From Candidatus Shapirobacteria bacterium (GTDB lineage: Bacteria; Patescibacteriota; Microgenomatia; UBA12405): 64,000 bases of DNA. A model generated the notes under the pieces. The model was given only the letters and a program-made list of their open reading frames with translations. It did not search any database and had not been told where the DNA came from. The stretch is from the NCBI GenBank assembly GCA_022837635.1, contig JALHFY010000001.1:160136-224135 (forward strand), in the 5' to 3' direction. Both the position numbers and the translations under genes were made by a program. Below are positions 1-9,434 of the stretch, in pieces; the stretch's first letter is position 1; every line of letters starts with the position of its first letter.

Positions 1-77
1 CAGGGGCGACGACGATACGGAAACTGCGCTGATGAATTTTGCCGGTAGGCTTTAATTTTATTTTAAGCATAGGGCAA

Positions 78-758
78 TTATACAATAAGTGAGGCGGCTT
101 TGGTAGCGGCATCTGACTCGGCTTTTTGTTTGGAATTACCTTGTCCGGTGGCGATTAAGTCTTTGCCTAGAAAAACACCGACTTCAAAAGATTTATGATG
201 ATCGGGGCCGGATTCTTTGAGAGTTTGATAATGAGGAGTGACTCCCCTCTTGGCTTGAGCGATTTCTTGAAAGACACTTTTTGGGTCTTTATAAATTTCT
301 TTTTTAGATAAAGTCATTAAACTTGGGAGTAAAAATTTGTCTAAAAACAGGTCCAAAGCCTGTTGACCGCCGTCCAAGAAAATGGCCCCACAAAGGCTTT
401 CAAAAGTGTCGGCCAAAAGTGAGTGATTTTGGCGACCACCATGAGCTTCCTCACCATGACTTAAAAAAATGTAATCACCTAAATTAAAAGTAGCGCCGAT
501 TTCAGCTAAATTGTTGGTACAAACTAAAAGACTTCTAAGATTGGTGAGAGAACCTTCATTAAAATCAGGAAAGAGAGTGAATAATTTTTGAGAGCTCCAA
601 CTTTCCAAAAGGGCATCACCTAAAAATTCTAATCTTTCGTTACTTTCAGAGAGATGTTTGTTTTCGTTTAAGAAGGAACGATGGGTCAGAGCTAGTTTGA
701 GCAGTGATTCATCTTGAAATTGGTAGTTAATTTTTTTTTGAAGTTGAGAGAGAGGCAT
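78..758 (-). CDS. rnc: Ribonuclease III
   Basis: 226 aa; RNase III signature ERLEFLGDA, N-terminal ALTHRS motif, C-terminal dsRBD-like tail; overlaps nusB end by 32 nt. Confidence 0.85.
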   Translation of the reverse strand: MPLSQLQKKINYQFQDESLLKLALTHRSFLNENKHLSESNERLEFLGDALLESWSSQKLFTLFPDFNEGSLTNLRSLLVCTNNLAEIGATFNLGDYIFLSHGEEAHGGRQNHSLLADTFESLCGAIFLDGGQQALDLFLDKFLLPSLMTLSKKEIYKDPKSVFQEIAQAKRGVTPHYQTLKESGPDHHKSFEVGVFLGKDLIATGQGNSKQKAESDAATKAASLIV

Positions 759-1104
759 GAGTTTTTAAGATTTTACCTAAAACGGCATTGATAAAGGCGG
801 GTGAAGAATTGTCGCCAAATTCTTTGGCAATTTCAATCGCCTCGTCGATAACCACTTTGGGTGGAGTGTCCGGTTGATGTAATAATTCATAAAGAGAATA
901 GCGGAGAATAGCCAACTCGACTTTATTGATTTGGTCCACCGGCCATTTGGGAGCGGCTTTGGAAATCAGTTTGTCGATTTTAGTCACTTGCTGAGTAATC
1001 GGCTCAATTTGGGGATTTTGAATGTCACCGGTGAGGTTCCAAGCAAATAGAGATTGGATTAATTCAATTCTTTTTTGGTGCCGGGGGTCGAGCTTGTTTT
1101 TCAC
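727..1104 (-). CDS. nusB: Transcription antitermination factor NusB
   Basis: 125 aa, NusB-like PRHQKRIELIQSLF start; GTG start overlapping rpmF stop (GTGA). Confidence 0.7.
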   Translation of the reverse strand: MKNKLDPRHQKRIELIQSLFAWNLTGDIQNPQIEPITQQVTKIDKLISKAAPKWPVDQINKVELAILRYSLYELLHQPDTPPKVVIDEAIEIAKEFGDNSSPAFINAVLGKILKTHASLSTSKKN

Positions 1105-1254
1105 TTATTACAATTTTTACAGATAAAACCGGGTATTTTTGGTTGTCCGCAGTTTTTGCAAGTAGTTAGTTTGGTTAATTTGGGAGCTTTGATGGCGGCA
1201 CGGCGTTTGCCTTGACGGCGAGAGCTGGGCCAATGTTTAGGTAAGGCGGTCATA
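1101..1254 (-). CDS. rpmF: 50S ribosomal protein L32 (bL32); not in ORF track because <60 aa
   Basis: Manual translation of minus strand gives MTALPKHWPSSRRQGKRRAAIKAPKLTKLTTCKNCGQPKIPGFICKNCNK; matches bL32 N-terminal consensus and the C-x2-C...C-x2-C knuckle. Confidence 0.7.
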
Positions 1255-1287
1255 TGCGGATATTATACAAGTTTCAGTTCCTAATTT

Positions 1288-1743
1288 TCAATCTTCAATT
1301 GTTTTAGAAGGAAGTAGAGTTTTTATTTGGGGCGGAAGAGGTGTGTTAGATTCCATGTCTGAAGGAGATATTTGAAGAAATTTAATATTGTGTTGTTGAC
1401 ATAAATTGGCTACATCTTGAGCAATACCAGAGGCATTAACATCCACACTTAAGGTTTGATTGAGCCTCATTTCAGGAAAGAGAATAATAGCTGTGGGTAG
1501 TTCTGTAGGATTAGTAAAGATTTGGTGAATATATTCTGAGTGTCGACTCCAGAAAATATTCAAGTTAATAATTTTTTGGGATTTAGCCAATTCATCTAGT
1601 TGTGCGGCTATTTCTTGGGCACGACTACAGCGAGTACCTAAAAAAAGAACATTAATTTGTTGAGAATCAGCGGGAGTTAATTCCTGTTGATTTAGTGGAT
1701 TATTTATATTGAATGTATGTCTGAATCGTTCAATAAGTTTCAT
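1288..1743 (-). CDS. Hypothetical protein (upstream of rpmF; position where YceD/DUF177 usually sits, but no CxxC pairs)
   Basis: 151 aa ORF; weak resemblance of VLFLGTRCSRAQ to LMW-PTP P-loop but nucleophile Cys absent. Confidence 0.3.
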   Translation of the reverse strand: MKLIERFRHTFNINNPLNQQELTPADSQQINVLFLGTRCSRAQEIAAQLDELAKSQKIINLNIFWSRHSEYIHQIFTNPTELPTAIILFPEMRLNQTLSVDVNASGIAQDVANLCQQHNIKFLQISPSDMESNTPLPPQIKTLLPSKTIED

Positions 1744-1801
1744 GTATTTTATTATAACACAATGTGTCTAATGATTACTTTATATAACAGGCTTGATTAT
1801 T

Positions 1802-3745
1802 CTAGTTGAGGGTGGTGATTTTTGGGTGATGGTTTTTGGGAAATTTGATATTGGGGTGTTGTTGGAGGAGTTGGTGATAGAGTTTTTGGGCGGTGGCGAT
1901 TTTAGTAGCAGAGGTAATGTCGGCCAGTTTAACTGAAGGAAAGCCATGCTGGAGAGTGGAAAAAACTTCACCTGGACCTCGGATTTTTAGGTCAAATTCG
2001 GCAATTTTGAAACCGTCGTGATGACGAACAAAGAAATTGAGGCGACGATTGATGGTTTCATTGTCTTCATCATTGAAGAGGTAACAATAACTTTGTTGAC
2101 TCCCCCGCCCGACTCGACCACGAAGTTGGTGAAGTTGAGAGAGGCCAAAACGTTGAGCAGATTGAATAATAATGGTGGTAGCATTGGGAAAATCAATACC
2201 AACTTCGATAATGGGAGTGGTGACTAAAATATGAATTTTGTTGGCGGCAAAATCTTTGAGAATTTTTTGTCGCTCTTCACTTTTAGTTTTGCCATGAATT
2301 AAGGCCAAATTTAGGTCGGGAAAGATTTTTTGAAGAGAACTATATTCTTTGGTGGCGGCTTTGATACTTTGCATACTTTCTGATTCTTCGATAAAGGGGC
2401 AGAGAATAAAGGCTTGAGTTTGGCGACTTTGAATATCTTGATTTAGCCAACGATAACAATCCCTGATTTTGTGTTGAGGCACTAAAAAACTTTTAATTGC
2501 TGGGCTTTTTCGAGGGATTTTTTCTAAGGTAGATAATTGCAAGTGGCCTAAAAGTGTCAGAGAAATGCTTCTAGGAATGGGAGTGGCTGAGAGGGTGAGA
2601 GTGTGAACAGAATCGTTTTCTTTCAAAAAAGCACGTTGTTTAACTCCGAATTTATGCTGCTCATCAATAATTAATAGTCCCAGATAAGGTAAAAGAGAGT
2701 CTTTCTTGAACAAAGCGGCATGAGTGGCAATAATAATGGAGTTTTTGGGGAGTTTTTTGGGTAATTGATGTTGATTGGTGAGTAAATAAACTGGATATTG
2801 GGGTAAAAATTTTTTGAAGGTAGTAAAATGTTGTTGAGCCAAAATAGAGGTGGGGGCCATTAGGAGCGTCTTTTTTTGATTTTTGGAAGTGAGGTGGGCA
2901 GCCAAGAGTGCCAAGATAGTTTTACCGGAGCCGACATCACCGGCCAAAAGTCGGTTCATACTTTGGGTAGGATTTAACAGATCGCTTTTAATTTCTTGCC
3001 AGGCTATTTTTTGACTGGGAGATAGGGAAAAAGGTAGAGATTTAATGAGGGCAGCGGAGGAATAATTTTTAAGAACAAAACGAGGTGGAGAAATGTTTTT
3101 TTGTTGGGAGAGAATAGTAAAATATTCGTCTAGTTCCAGTCTTTTTTTAGCGGCTTGGAGTTGATTGAGGTTTTGAGGAAAATGAATATTTTTGAGGGCA
3201 CTTTTAAGATCCAAAAGAGAATGTGCTTGTAAAAAGTCCTGTGGGAGTGGATCGCGGAGATTTTTAGTGAGATAGTCAAAATGGAGTTTCAAGTGTTTTC
3301 TGAACCAGGTACTGGTTAAGCCTTGAGTTTCCGGATAAATTGGCAGAATTTGATTAGTATTGAAGGGGCCGGAGAGAGGGTTGAAAATGGTGAGTTTGTT
3401 TTTATAAAGAGTGGGGGTGCCGGCAAAGGCAAAAGACTCCCCTACCCTAAATTTAGAAGAGAGATAGCTTTGATTAAAAAAGATAATGTCAATGGAGGCA
3501 GTGTGATCAGTGACAATTAATTTTTGCAGACTCTTGCCACCGCGAAGATAGAGATTTTTGAAATCGGCAACTTGGGCTTTGAAGGAATAATTTTGTCCGG
3601 GATTTAGTTTATTAATGGTGGAAATATGGGAAAAATCAATATAGCGATGAGGCAGATGATAGAGAAGATCGCGATCATGGTGGAGGTTGAGGCGAGAGAG
3701 TTTTTCTAGGGTTTTGGGTCCAAGGCCGGGAAGAGTAAAAGTCAT
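1802..3745 (-). CDS. recG: ATP-dependent DNA helicase RecG
   Basis: 647 aa; Walker A GDVGSGKT, DEQH box, helicase C-terminal motifs (QLRGRVGRG), N-terminal wedge-like domain. Confidence 0.85.
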   Translation of the reverse strand: MTFTLPGLGPKTLEKLSRLNLHHDRDLLYHLPHRYIDFSHISTINKLNPGQNYSFKAQVADFKNLYLRGGKSLQKLIVTDHTASIDIIFFNQSYLSSKFRVGESFAFAGTPTLYKNKLTIFNPLSGPFNTNQILPIYPETQGLTSTWFRKHLKLHFDYLTKNLRDPLPQDFLQAHSLLDLKSALKNIHFPQNLNQLQAAKKRLELDEYFTILSQQKNISPPRFVLKNYSSAALIKSLPFSLSPSQKIAWQEIKSDLLNPTQSMNRLLAGDVGSGKTILALLAAHLTSKNQKKTLLMAPTSILAQQHFTTFKKFLPQYPVYLLTNQHQLPKKLPKNSIIIATHAALFKKDSLLPYLGLLIIDEQHKFGVKQRAFLKENDSVHTLTLSATPIPRSISLTLLGHLQLSTLEKIPRKSPAIKSFLVPQHKIRDCYRWLNQDIQSRQTQAFILCPFIEESESMQSIKAATKEYSSLQKIFPDLNLALIHGKTKSEERQKILKDFAANKIHILVTTPIIEVGIDFPNATTIIIQSAQRFGLSQLHQLRGRVGRGSQQSYCYLFNDEDNETINRRLNFFVRHHDGFKIAEFDLKIRGPGEVFSTLQHGFPSVKLADITSATKIATAQKLYHQLLQQHPNIKFPKNHHPKITTLN

Positions 3746-3881
3746 GGCTTATGTTATCATTATTTATGCGTCTTTTTGGTAAAAAAATTAAGCGGAAGCA
3801 GTGGCAAAGAGTGTTGTTGGTTTTAGCTTCGGTGGGAATATTATTATCAACTTTTTTACCGATGTTAAGTGTGTTTATAAA

Positions 3882-6539
3882 ATGAAAAATTTTTGGGAAA
3901 AAATCAAGTACAAATTGGTGGTATTTTGGCGGAATTTGAAGGCAGCAGTGAGAAGCAAACAATTTTGGTACCGATTTTTTAAGGTCTTTTTAATCCTGAT
4001 GACTTTGGGAGTAATTTTGATAACGATTTTGTTTGCTTATTATTCAAAGGATTTACCGAGTCCAAATAATGTGGTTAGAAGGGAGGGTTTTTCCACTAGA
4101 ATTTATGACCGTAATGGCAAGGTACTTTATGATTTGTTTGCTGATGCCAAGAGACAACCGGTAACTATGGATCAAGTGCCGGAAACTTTGAAAAAAGCGA
4201 CGATTGCAGTTGAGGATAAAGATTTTTATAAACACCGAGGTTTCGATCCATTGACCCCTTTTAGAATTGTGAAAAATTTTTTCTATTTTAGAAAGTTGAC
4301 CGGTGGTTCGACTTTAACTCAGCAGTTAGTTAAGAATGTGTTGCTGACTCCAGAGGTAAGTATCACCAGAAAAATCAAAGAGTTTATTTTGGCGGTTCAA
4401 ATTGAAGCTAAATATAAGAAGGATGATATTTTATTGATGTATCTAAATGAAGCGCCTTATGGAGGCATGGCTTGGGGAGTAGGTTCTGCGGCAGAGCAGT
4501 ATTTTGATAAGTCGGTATCAGAATTGAATTTAGCAGAATCAGTAATTTTGGCCGGTTTACCGCAGCGCCCCAATGTTTATTCGCCATTTTCCAGTACCCC
4601 CAATGCTTATATCAGTCGGAGCGAACACGTGTTGCGACGGATGCAGGAGGATGGTTTTATTGATGAGGAGGTGCGAAAAAGCACTTTAGAAGAAATTAAG
4701 AATTATCAGTTTAGTGAAAACAGATCGTCGATTTCGGCACCCCATTTTGTGTTTTGGATTAAAGAGATTTTGTCGGAGAGATATGGTGAGGAGGTAGCTG
4801 AGGGTGGCGGATTAAAAGTGACTACTACTTTGGATTTGGAGTTACAAAATGAAGTGCAAAAGATTGTAGCTGAGGAAGTGGAGAAGGCGGAAAAACTCAA
4901 AATTACTAATGGTGCAGCGGTGGTAGTTGACCCCCGAGATGGACAGGTGTTGGCGATGGTCGGTTCACGGGGTTATAACAGTGACAAGACCTCAGGAGCT
5001 TTTAATGTAGTCACACAAGGTTTAAGACAGCCGGGTTCATCGATTAAACCAGTGACTTATTTAATGGGACTGAGAGAAGGCATGACGGCAGCTACTTTAT
5101 TAATGGATACGCCAGTTGCTTTTCCAATTCAAGGGAGTCGGGATTATACCCCCAGCAACTATACCGGTAAATTTTTAGGACCGATAAGTTTTCGGGATGC
5201 GTTGGGTAATTCTATTAACACCACGGCGGTGAAAGTGTTAGCTAAAGTAGGAGTGAAAAATTTTTTAACACAGGCTTATGAGATGGGTTTGAAAACTTTG
5301 GAACCGACAGCTGAGAATTTGAAACGTTTTGGATTGGCGGTGACCTTGGGAGGAGCTGAGGTGAGGATGATTGATATGGCTGGAGCTTACAGTGCTTTTG
5401 CTAATGGAGGCTTGAAAGTGGAACCAGTGGGGATTCTTAAAGTGGAAGATAAAAACGGCCGGGTGTTGGAAGAATTCCAACCGGTAAAAGGTAAAAAGGT
5501 GATGACAGAACAAGAAGCTTTTATTATTTCTAATATTTTGATGGACAATAATGCTCGAGCGATTACTTTTGGAGCTCGAAACAGTTTAGTAATTCCTAAT
5601 TATCAGGTGGCAGTGAAGACCGGAACTACCAATGAGAAAAAAGACAACTGGACAGTGGGATGGACACCAAATTTTCTCAGTGTGGTTTGGGTGGGAAATA
5701 ATGATAATACTGAAATGGGGACAATTGCTTCAGGTGTGTCGGGGGCGGCGCCAATTTGGCGACGGATAATGCTTTATGCTTTACCCAAGCGAGATAAACA
5801 AGACTTTCCTATTCCTGACAAAATTGTAAACATTAGTGTCGATAAGGTTTCTGGTTATCCCAGCCATGATGGTTTTGAGAGTAAAAATGAGTACTTTATT
5901 GACGGCACTCAAGCAAGTGTCGCCGATCCAATTCATCTGAAATTAAAGGTTTGTCGGGATAAATTTGGAATGGCTACTCCTGAAGATGTGGCAGGAGGTA
6001 ATTATGACGAAAAAGAATATTTTAATTTCAAGGAAAGCGATCCAGTGAGTCAAGATGGACGCAATCGTTGGCAAGAAGGCATTGATGCTTGGATTAATAC
6101 TTTACCAGATAAGAGTAAATATATAGTTCCCAGTGAATATTGTCGGAATGATGGTACAGTGGGAGTTAGTTTTGCTGAGCCTCAGGATAGACAGCAGGTA
6201 AATAATAAAAATGTTAAAGTGGTAATTAATACCAGTTCGGTAAAAAAGATTGTGGAAGTGAAATTATGGATTGACGGGACCCAGGTTAAAACTTGGACAG
6301 AAAGACCTTTTGAAGATCATTTCCAATTAAACGACGGAGTGCATACACTTAGAGTTAGAGCTGAAGATAGAGATGGAGGTAATGCTGACCGAGAAATTAA
6401 AATTGGAGTGAATGTACCCTGGGATTGGTCCCCGACTCCGACTAAAGCACTAGTAACCAATACTCCAACACTTCTGCTATCACCAACAAAGCCAATATCG
6501 CCGACAGTGGGGGTAACAGCAACACCAACAGGGATTTAG
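3882..6539 (+). CDS. Class A penicillin-binding protein (transglycosylase/transpeptidase) with C-terminal extension domain and PT-rich tail
   Basis: GT51 motifs EDKDFYKHRGFD and GGSTLTQQL; transpeptidase SxxK (GSSIKP), KTGTT; start chosen at MKNFWEKIKYK (ATG 3882) preceding TM helix; the ORF-track start at 3801 is probably too far upstream. Confidence 0.85.
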   Translation: MKNFWEKIKYKLVVFWRNLKAAVRSKQFWYRFFKVFLILMTLGVILITILFAYYSKDLPSPNNVVRREGFSTRIYDRNGKVLYDLFADAKRQPVTMDQVPETLKKATIAVEDKDFYKHRGFDPLTPFRIVKNFFYFRKLTGGSTLTQQLVKNVLLTPEVSITRKIKEFILAVQIEAKYKKDDILLMYLNEAPYGGMAWGVGSAAEQYFDKSVSELNLAESVILAGLPQRPNVYSPFSSTPNAYISRSEHVLRRMQEDGFIDEEVRKSTLEEIKNYQFSENRSSISAPHFVFWIKEILSERYGEEVAEGGGLKVTTTLDLELQNEVQKIVAEEVEKAEKLKITNGAAVVVDPRDGQVLAMVGSRGYNSDKTSGAFNVVTQGLRQPGSSIKPVTYLMGLREGMTAATLLMDTPVAFPIQGSRDYTPSNYTGKFLGPISFRDALGNSINTTAVKVLAKVGVKNFLTQAYEMGLKTLEPTAENLKRFGLAVTLGGAEVRMIDMAGAYSAFANGGLKVEPVGILKVEDKNGRVLEEFQPVKGKKVMTEQEAFIISNILMDNNARAITFGARNSLVIPNYQVAVKTGTTNEKKDNWTVGWTPNFLSVVWVGNNDNTEMGTIASGVSGAAPIWRRIMLYALPKRDKQDFPIPDKIVNISVDKVSGYPSHDGFESKNEYFIDGTQASVADPIHLKLKVCRDKFGMATPEDVAGGNYDEKEYFNFKESDPVSQDGRNRWQEGIDAWINTLPDKSKYIVPSEYCRNDGTVGVSFAEPQDRQQVNNKNVKVVINTSSVKKIVEVKLWIDGTQVKTWTERPFEDHFQLNDGVHTLRVRAEDRDGGNADREIKIGVNVPWDWSPTPTKALVTNTPTLLLSPTKPISPTVGVTATPTGI

Positions 6540-6570
6540 ATAATTAGATAATTAGATAATTAGATAAGTA
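6536..6570. repeat. Tandem TTAGATAA x4 repeat (stop-codon-rich) between convergent PBP and pheT
   Basis: ttagataattagataattagataattagataagtag seen directly; related copies at 9777-9825 and 17607-17648. Confidence 0.6.
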
Positions 6571-6582
6571 GTGAGGAGTGAA

Positions 6583-8358
6583 TTAGAGAAGATTGAAAGC
6601 GGAGAGGTGGGTTTTTTTAGCGATTTTATCGTTGCAGTTGTAATAATTGACTTGAAAAGTGTAGCGATATTTCCCCAATTTTTGGTCGTGATAAATATCA
6701 GTAATAGTGATATTCCAGAGAATTTGGGGACCGATAATTTTTTTATATTTTTCTAAAAGAGTTTGAGGATTAACTTTTGTATCCAAAAGAAGATTGGCAT
6801 CCAAGGTAATGATTTGTGAATTGAGTTCGATGGCTGGAGTTTGAGGTGAAAATTTAGCCTGGTAGAAATCAGGGTGTTTAAGATTGTCAAGAATAATTTG
6901 AGCAAAAGAATTTTCAATTTGACTCTTTAAGCCAAGAGTTCTCAGGTCATTTTTAAGAATTTGTGGATTATGATGATAGAGACCAAGAGCATATTTTTCA
7001 GAATATTTAGAACCTGTCTTAAAATAGATTTTGCCGATTTCAAAAAACTGAGGTTGTGGTAACTTAAGGCGACGATAGTTGTCTAGTTGTAATTTAAGAG
7101 TGTCGATAAGTGAAGTTCGAAGATAGGTGTACTCACTATTGATACTATTTTGAGTTTGGACAGCGTTTTGGTCGCTAGGTTTAGAGACTAGGGGCCAGGT
7201 GAGAACTTCATCATAACCGAGTTGTTTAAGCTGATCTTTGAGGGTGTCAATAGTATAAAGAATTTTAGGGGTAATATCGGTAACTTTTTTATAGCTTAAA
7301 GGTTGGTTGACTGGAATGTTTTGGTAACCCCAAAAACGAAGAATTTCGTTGGCAATTCCTTCTGGATTAGTAATATCAGGACGCAGAGTGGGGATTAGAC
7401 CTTGATGAATATCTAATTTTTTTAAGGTTTTTTTAATAAAAGTATTTGGTACTTTCAAAGCACTAATTTTGAAAACTAAGTCCGGAGAGAAATCAATTTT
7501 CAAGGGTTTTTTAACGTGAGGGTAATAATCAAAAAGTTGAGAACTAATCTGGCCTCCACAGATATCGAGGACTAAATTAACGAGATGAGAAAAGGCTAAA
7601 GGAATGAGATTAGGGTCAAGCTGTTTTTCTAGACGAGTGGCGGCTTCGGTTTGAGAGCGAAGTAAACGATGGTTTTGGCGGACAGTGGTGGGATTGTAGA
7701 TAGCCATTTCTAGAATTACCTCTTGGCTTTGAGAATCAATAGCGGCATTTTGACCGCCCCAAAAAGAAAGACTAAGGGCTTGAGTGGGATTATTAATCAT
7801 CAAAATACTTTTATCGAGAGTTAGCTTACTTTTATCCAGAGTGACAAATTCTTGGTAACCGGGATTGAGTTGCCAAATGAGATGATCACCTGATTTATGA
7901 GTATCGAAAGCGTGAGTGGGAATGGAATAAAGTAGCATAATGTAATTAGTCAAGTCGACTACGGGATTAATAGAGTGAAGACCGTGGAGTTTAAGAAAAT
8001 TTTTAAGCCAGGTGGGAGAAGAAGTGTTTTTAAGGCTGGTAATTTTCAGAGCTTGGATACGAGTGACAGTGTCAGTAGTAACTTGAATAGGTAGAGGAGT
8101 TGAGGTGGTCTGAAGAGGTAAAATATCGGCATTTTTTAACTTAAGATCATAGAGGACAGAGAGGTCTTTAGCTAAACCATAATAACCTAAACAATCACCG
8201 CGATTAACTTTAATATCCAGATCAAAAATAATTTCTTTGCCAATTTTTTCGTAAAAATTACAAAAGTGGCCGATAAGAGTCAGGTCATCTCGAAGTTGAT
8301 GAGGAGGGACTGACAGGTCGGGTAAAAAGTGTTTTAAGTGAGAATAAATTAATTTCAT
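6583..8358 (-). CDS. pheT: Phenylalanine--tRNA ligase beta subunit (short form)
   Basis: 591 aa directly downstream of pheS, PheT-like B3/4 and catalytic-like core; shorter than typical 800 aa bacterial PheT. Confidence 0.75.
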   Translation of the reverse strand: MKLIYSHLKHFLPDLSVPPHQLRDDLTLIGHFCNFYEKIGKEIIFDLDIKVNRGDCLGYYGLAKDLSVLYDLKLKNADILPLQTTSTPLPIQVTTDTVTRIQALKITSLKNTSSPTWLKNFLKLHGLHSINPVVDLTNYIMLLYSIPTHAFDTHKSGDHLIWQLNPGYQEFVTLDKSKLTLDKSILMINNPTQALSLSFWGGQNAAIDSQSQEVILEMAIYNPTTVRQNHRLLRSQTEAATRLEKQLDPNLIPLAFSHLVNLVLDICGGQISSQLFDYYPHVKKPLKIDFSPDLVFKISALKVPNTFIKKTLKKLDIHQGLIPTLRPDITNPEGIANEILRFWGYQNIPVNQPLSYKKVTDITPKILYTIDTLKDQLKQLGYDEVLTWPLVSKPSDQNAVQTQNSINSEYTYLRTSLIDTLKLQLDNYRRLKLPQPQFFEIGKIYFKTGSKYSEKYALGLYHHNPQILKNDLRTLGLKSQIENSFAQIILDNLKHPDFYQAKFSPQTPAIELNSQIITLDANLLLDTKVNPQTLLEKYKKIIGPQILWNITITDIYHDQKLGKYRYTFQVNYYNCNDKIAKKTHLSAFNLL

Positions 8359-9363
8359 TTATTTATAAGGTAAATAAGAGAGGTTTCCACCCATAAGAGT
8401 GCGAATGTCTTGAATATTATTTTGGGCCATGGTCCAACGATCAAGGCCCATACCAAAGGCAAAACCATTCCATTTTTTAGGATCGATACCGGCTTTTTTC
8501 AAAACATTGGGGTGAATCATACCGGAACCACCCATTTCAATCCAACCGGCAAATTTACAAAGTGGACAACCTTGGCCGTGACAACTAAAACATTGCATAT
8601 CAGGACCAATACCTGGTTCCACTTCGGGATAATATTTAGCGCGGTAACGAACAATAACTTTGGATCCGTAAAGGGTCTTGAACATTAAATCCATGGTCCC
8701 GATAAGGTCTTTTAAGGTAACATTTTTATCAACGACGACGGCTTGATATTGACGAAAGGCAAAGTGATTACTGCGATTAACTTTTTCATTGCGGTAAACG
8801 GTACCAGCAAAAGCAGCTCGAAGAGGTAAGGATTTTTTTGCCGTTTCTAAAAGATAACTTTCGATGGTGGAAGTTTGGGTGCGTAAGAGATATTTAGGTT
8901 CTTGGATATAGAGAGTATCTTGCATGTCTCGAGCAGGATGATCGGCGGGAACATTAAGACGATCGAAGTTGTAATCGTCAGTGACAATATCGGGAGCTTC
9001 GTAGAGGGAAAAGCCTAATTTTTGAAAAAGTTGATTGAGTTGGCGTTCAGTTTGGGTTAAGGGGTGGAGATGTCCAACTTTTGCTAAAGTGGCAGCGAGT
9101 AAACTTGTTTTAGGCGAGGTAGGGGTGTTTATAGGAGAGTCTTTAATTTTATGAGATTCGATTAAAGATTCAACTGCTTGTTTGAAAGCGTTTAACTCTT
9201 GACCAAAACTTTTAGGATCGGGATGATTTTTTATTTGTGAAAAAAGAGAATTGACTATCCCCTGTCGGCCTAAGTATTCAATTCGGACTGATTTTAACTC
9301 AGTTTGATTAGCGACTAAATTTAATTTATCTTTAAGTTTTTGTAAAAGTTTTTTGAGGTCCAT
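8359..9363 (-). CDS. pheS: Phenylalanine--tRNA ligase alpha subunit
   Basis: Class II aaRS motifs (FRPSYFPFTEPS-like YPEVEPG, GWIEMGGSGMIHPNVL, GFAFGMGLDRW); start set at MDLKKLL (ATG 9363) by alignment to E. coli PheS N-terminus; the ORF-track TTG at 9384 lies inside the terminator T-run. Confidence 0.85.
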   Translation of the reverse strand: MDLKKLLQKLKDKLNLVANQTELKSVRIEYLGRQGIVNSLFSQIKNHPDPKSFGQELNAFKQAVESLIESHKIKDSPINTPTSPKTSLLAATLAKVGHLHPLTQTERQLNQLFQKLGFSLYEAPDIVTDDYNFDRLNVPADHPARDMQDTLYIQEPKYLLRTQTSTIESYLLETAKKSLPLRAAFAGTVYRNEKVNRSNHFAFRQYQAVVVDKNVTLKDLIGTMDLMFKTLYGSKVIVRYRAKYYPEVEPGIGPDMQCFSCHGQGCPLCKFAGWIEMGGSGMIHPNVLKKAGIDPKKWNGFAFGMGLDRWTMAQNNIQDIRTLMGGNLSYLPYK

Positions 9364-9375
9364 TGCTTTACCTAT

Positions 9376-9406
9376 TATAAACAAAAACCTCCCGTGTTGC
9401 GGGAGG
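9376..9406 (-). terminator. Intrinsic terminator / attenuator-like hairpin between rplT and pheS
   Basis: Minus-strand transcript: CCUCCCG-CAACA-CGGGAGG followed by UUUUUGUUUAU; upstream GCGGGAG (9422-9428) can alternatively pair with the 5' arm. Confidence 0.5.
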
Positions 9407-9434
9407 AATTATTGAAAAATGAGACATCTCCCGC

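Noticed and set aside
1288-1743. LMW protein-tyrosine-phosphatase / ArsC call for the 151-aa ORF (VLFLGTRCSRAQ resembles CTGNxCRS)
   Set aside because: The nucleophilic first Cys of the CX5R loop is replaced by Leu. The motif sits at residue ~33 rather than ~8, and there is no DPYY-type loop. Similarity is too weak.
2018-2227. Short antisense ORFs inside recG, PBP, thrS, the adhesin, ppsA, dnaE and ileS (e.g. 2018-2227, 4053-4235, 11449-11658, 30053-30238, 40098-40433, 44081-44272, 61568-61771)
   Set aside because: They are fully embedded antisense in long, well-supported genes, with low-complexity translations. They are typical spurious ORFs of AT-rich DNA.
6536-6570. TAGATAA tandem units as a possible CRISPR array
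   Set aside because: The units are 8 nt with no unique spacers, only 4 copies and no cas genes. This is a simple AT-rich microsatellite or terminator-like spacer instead.
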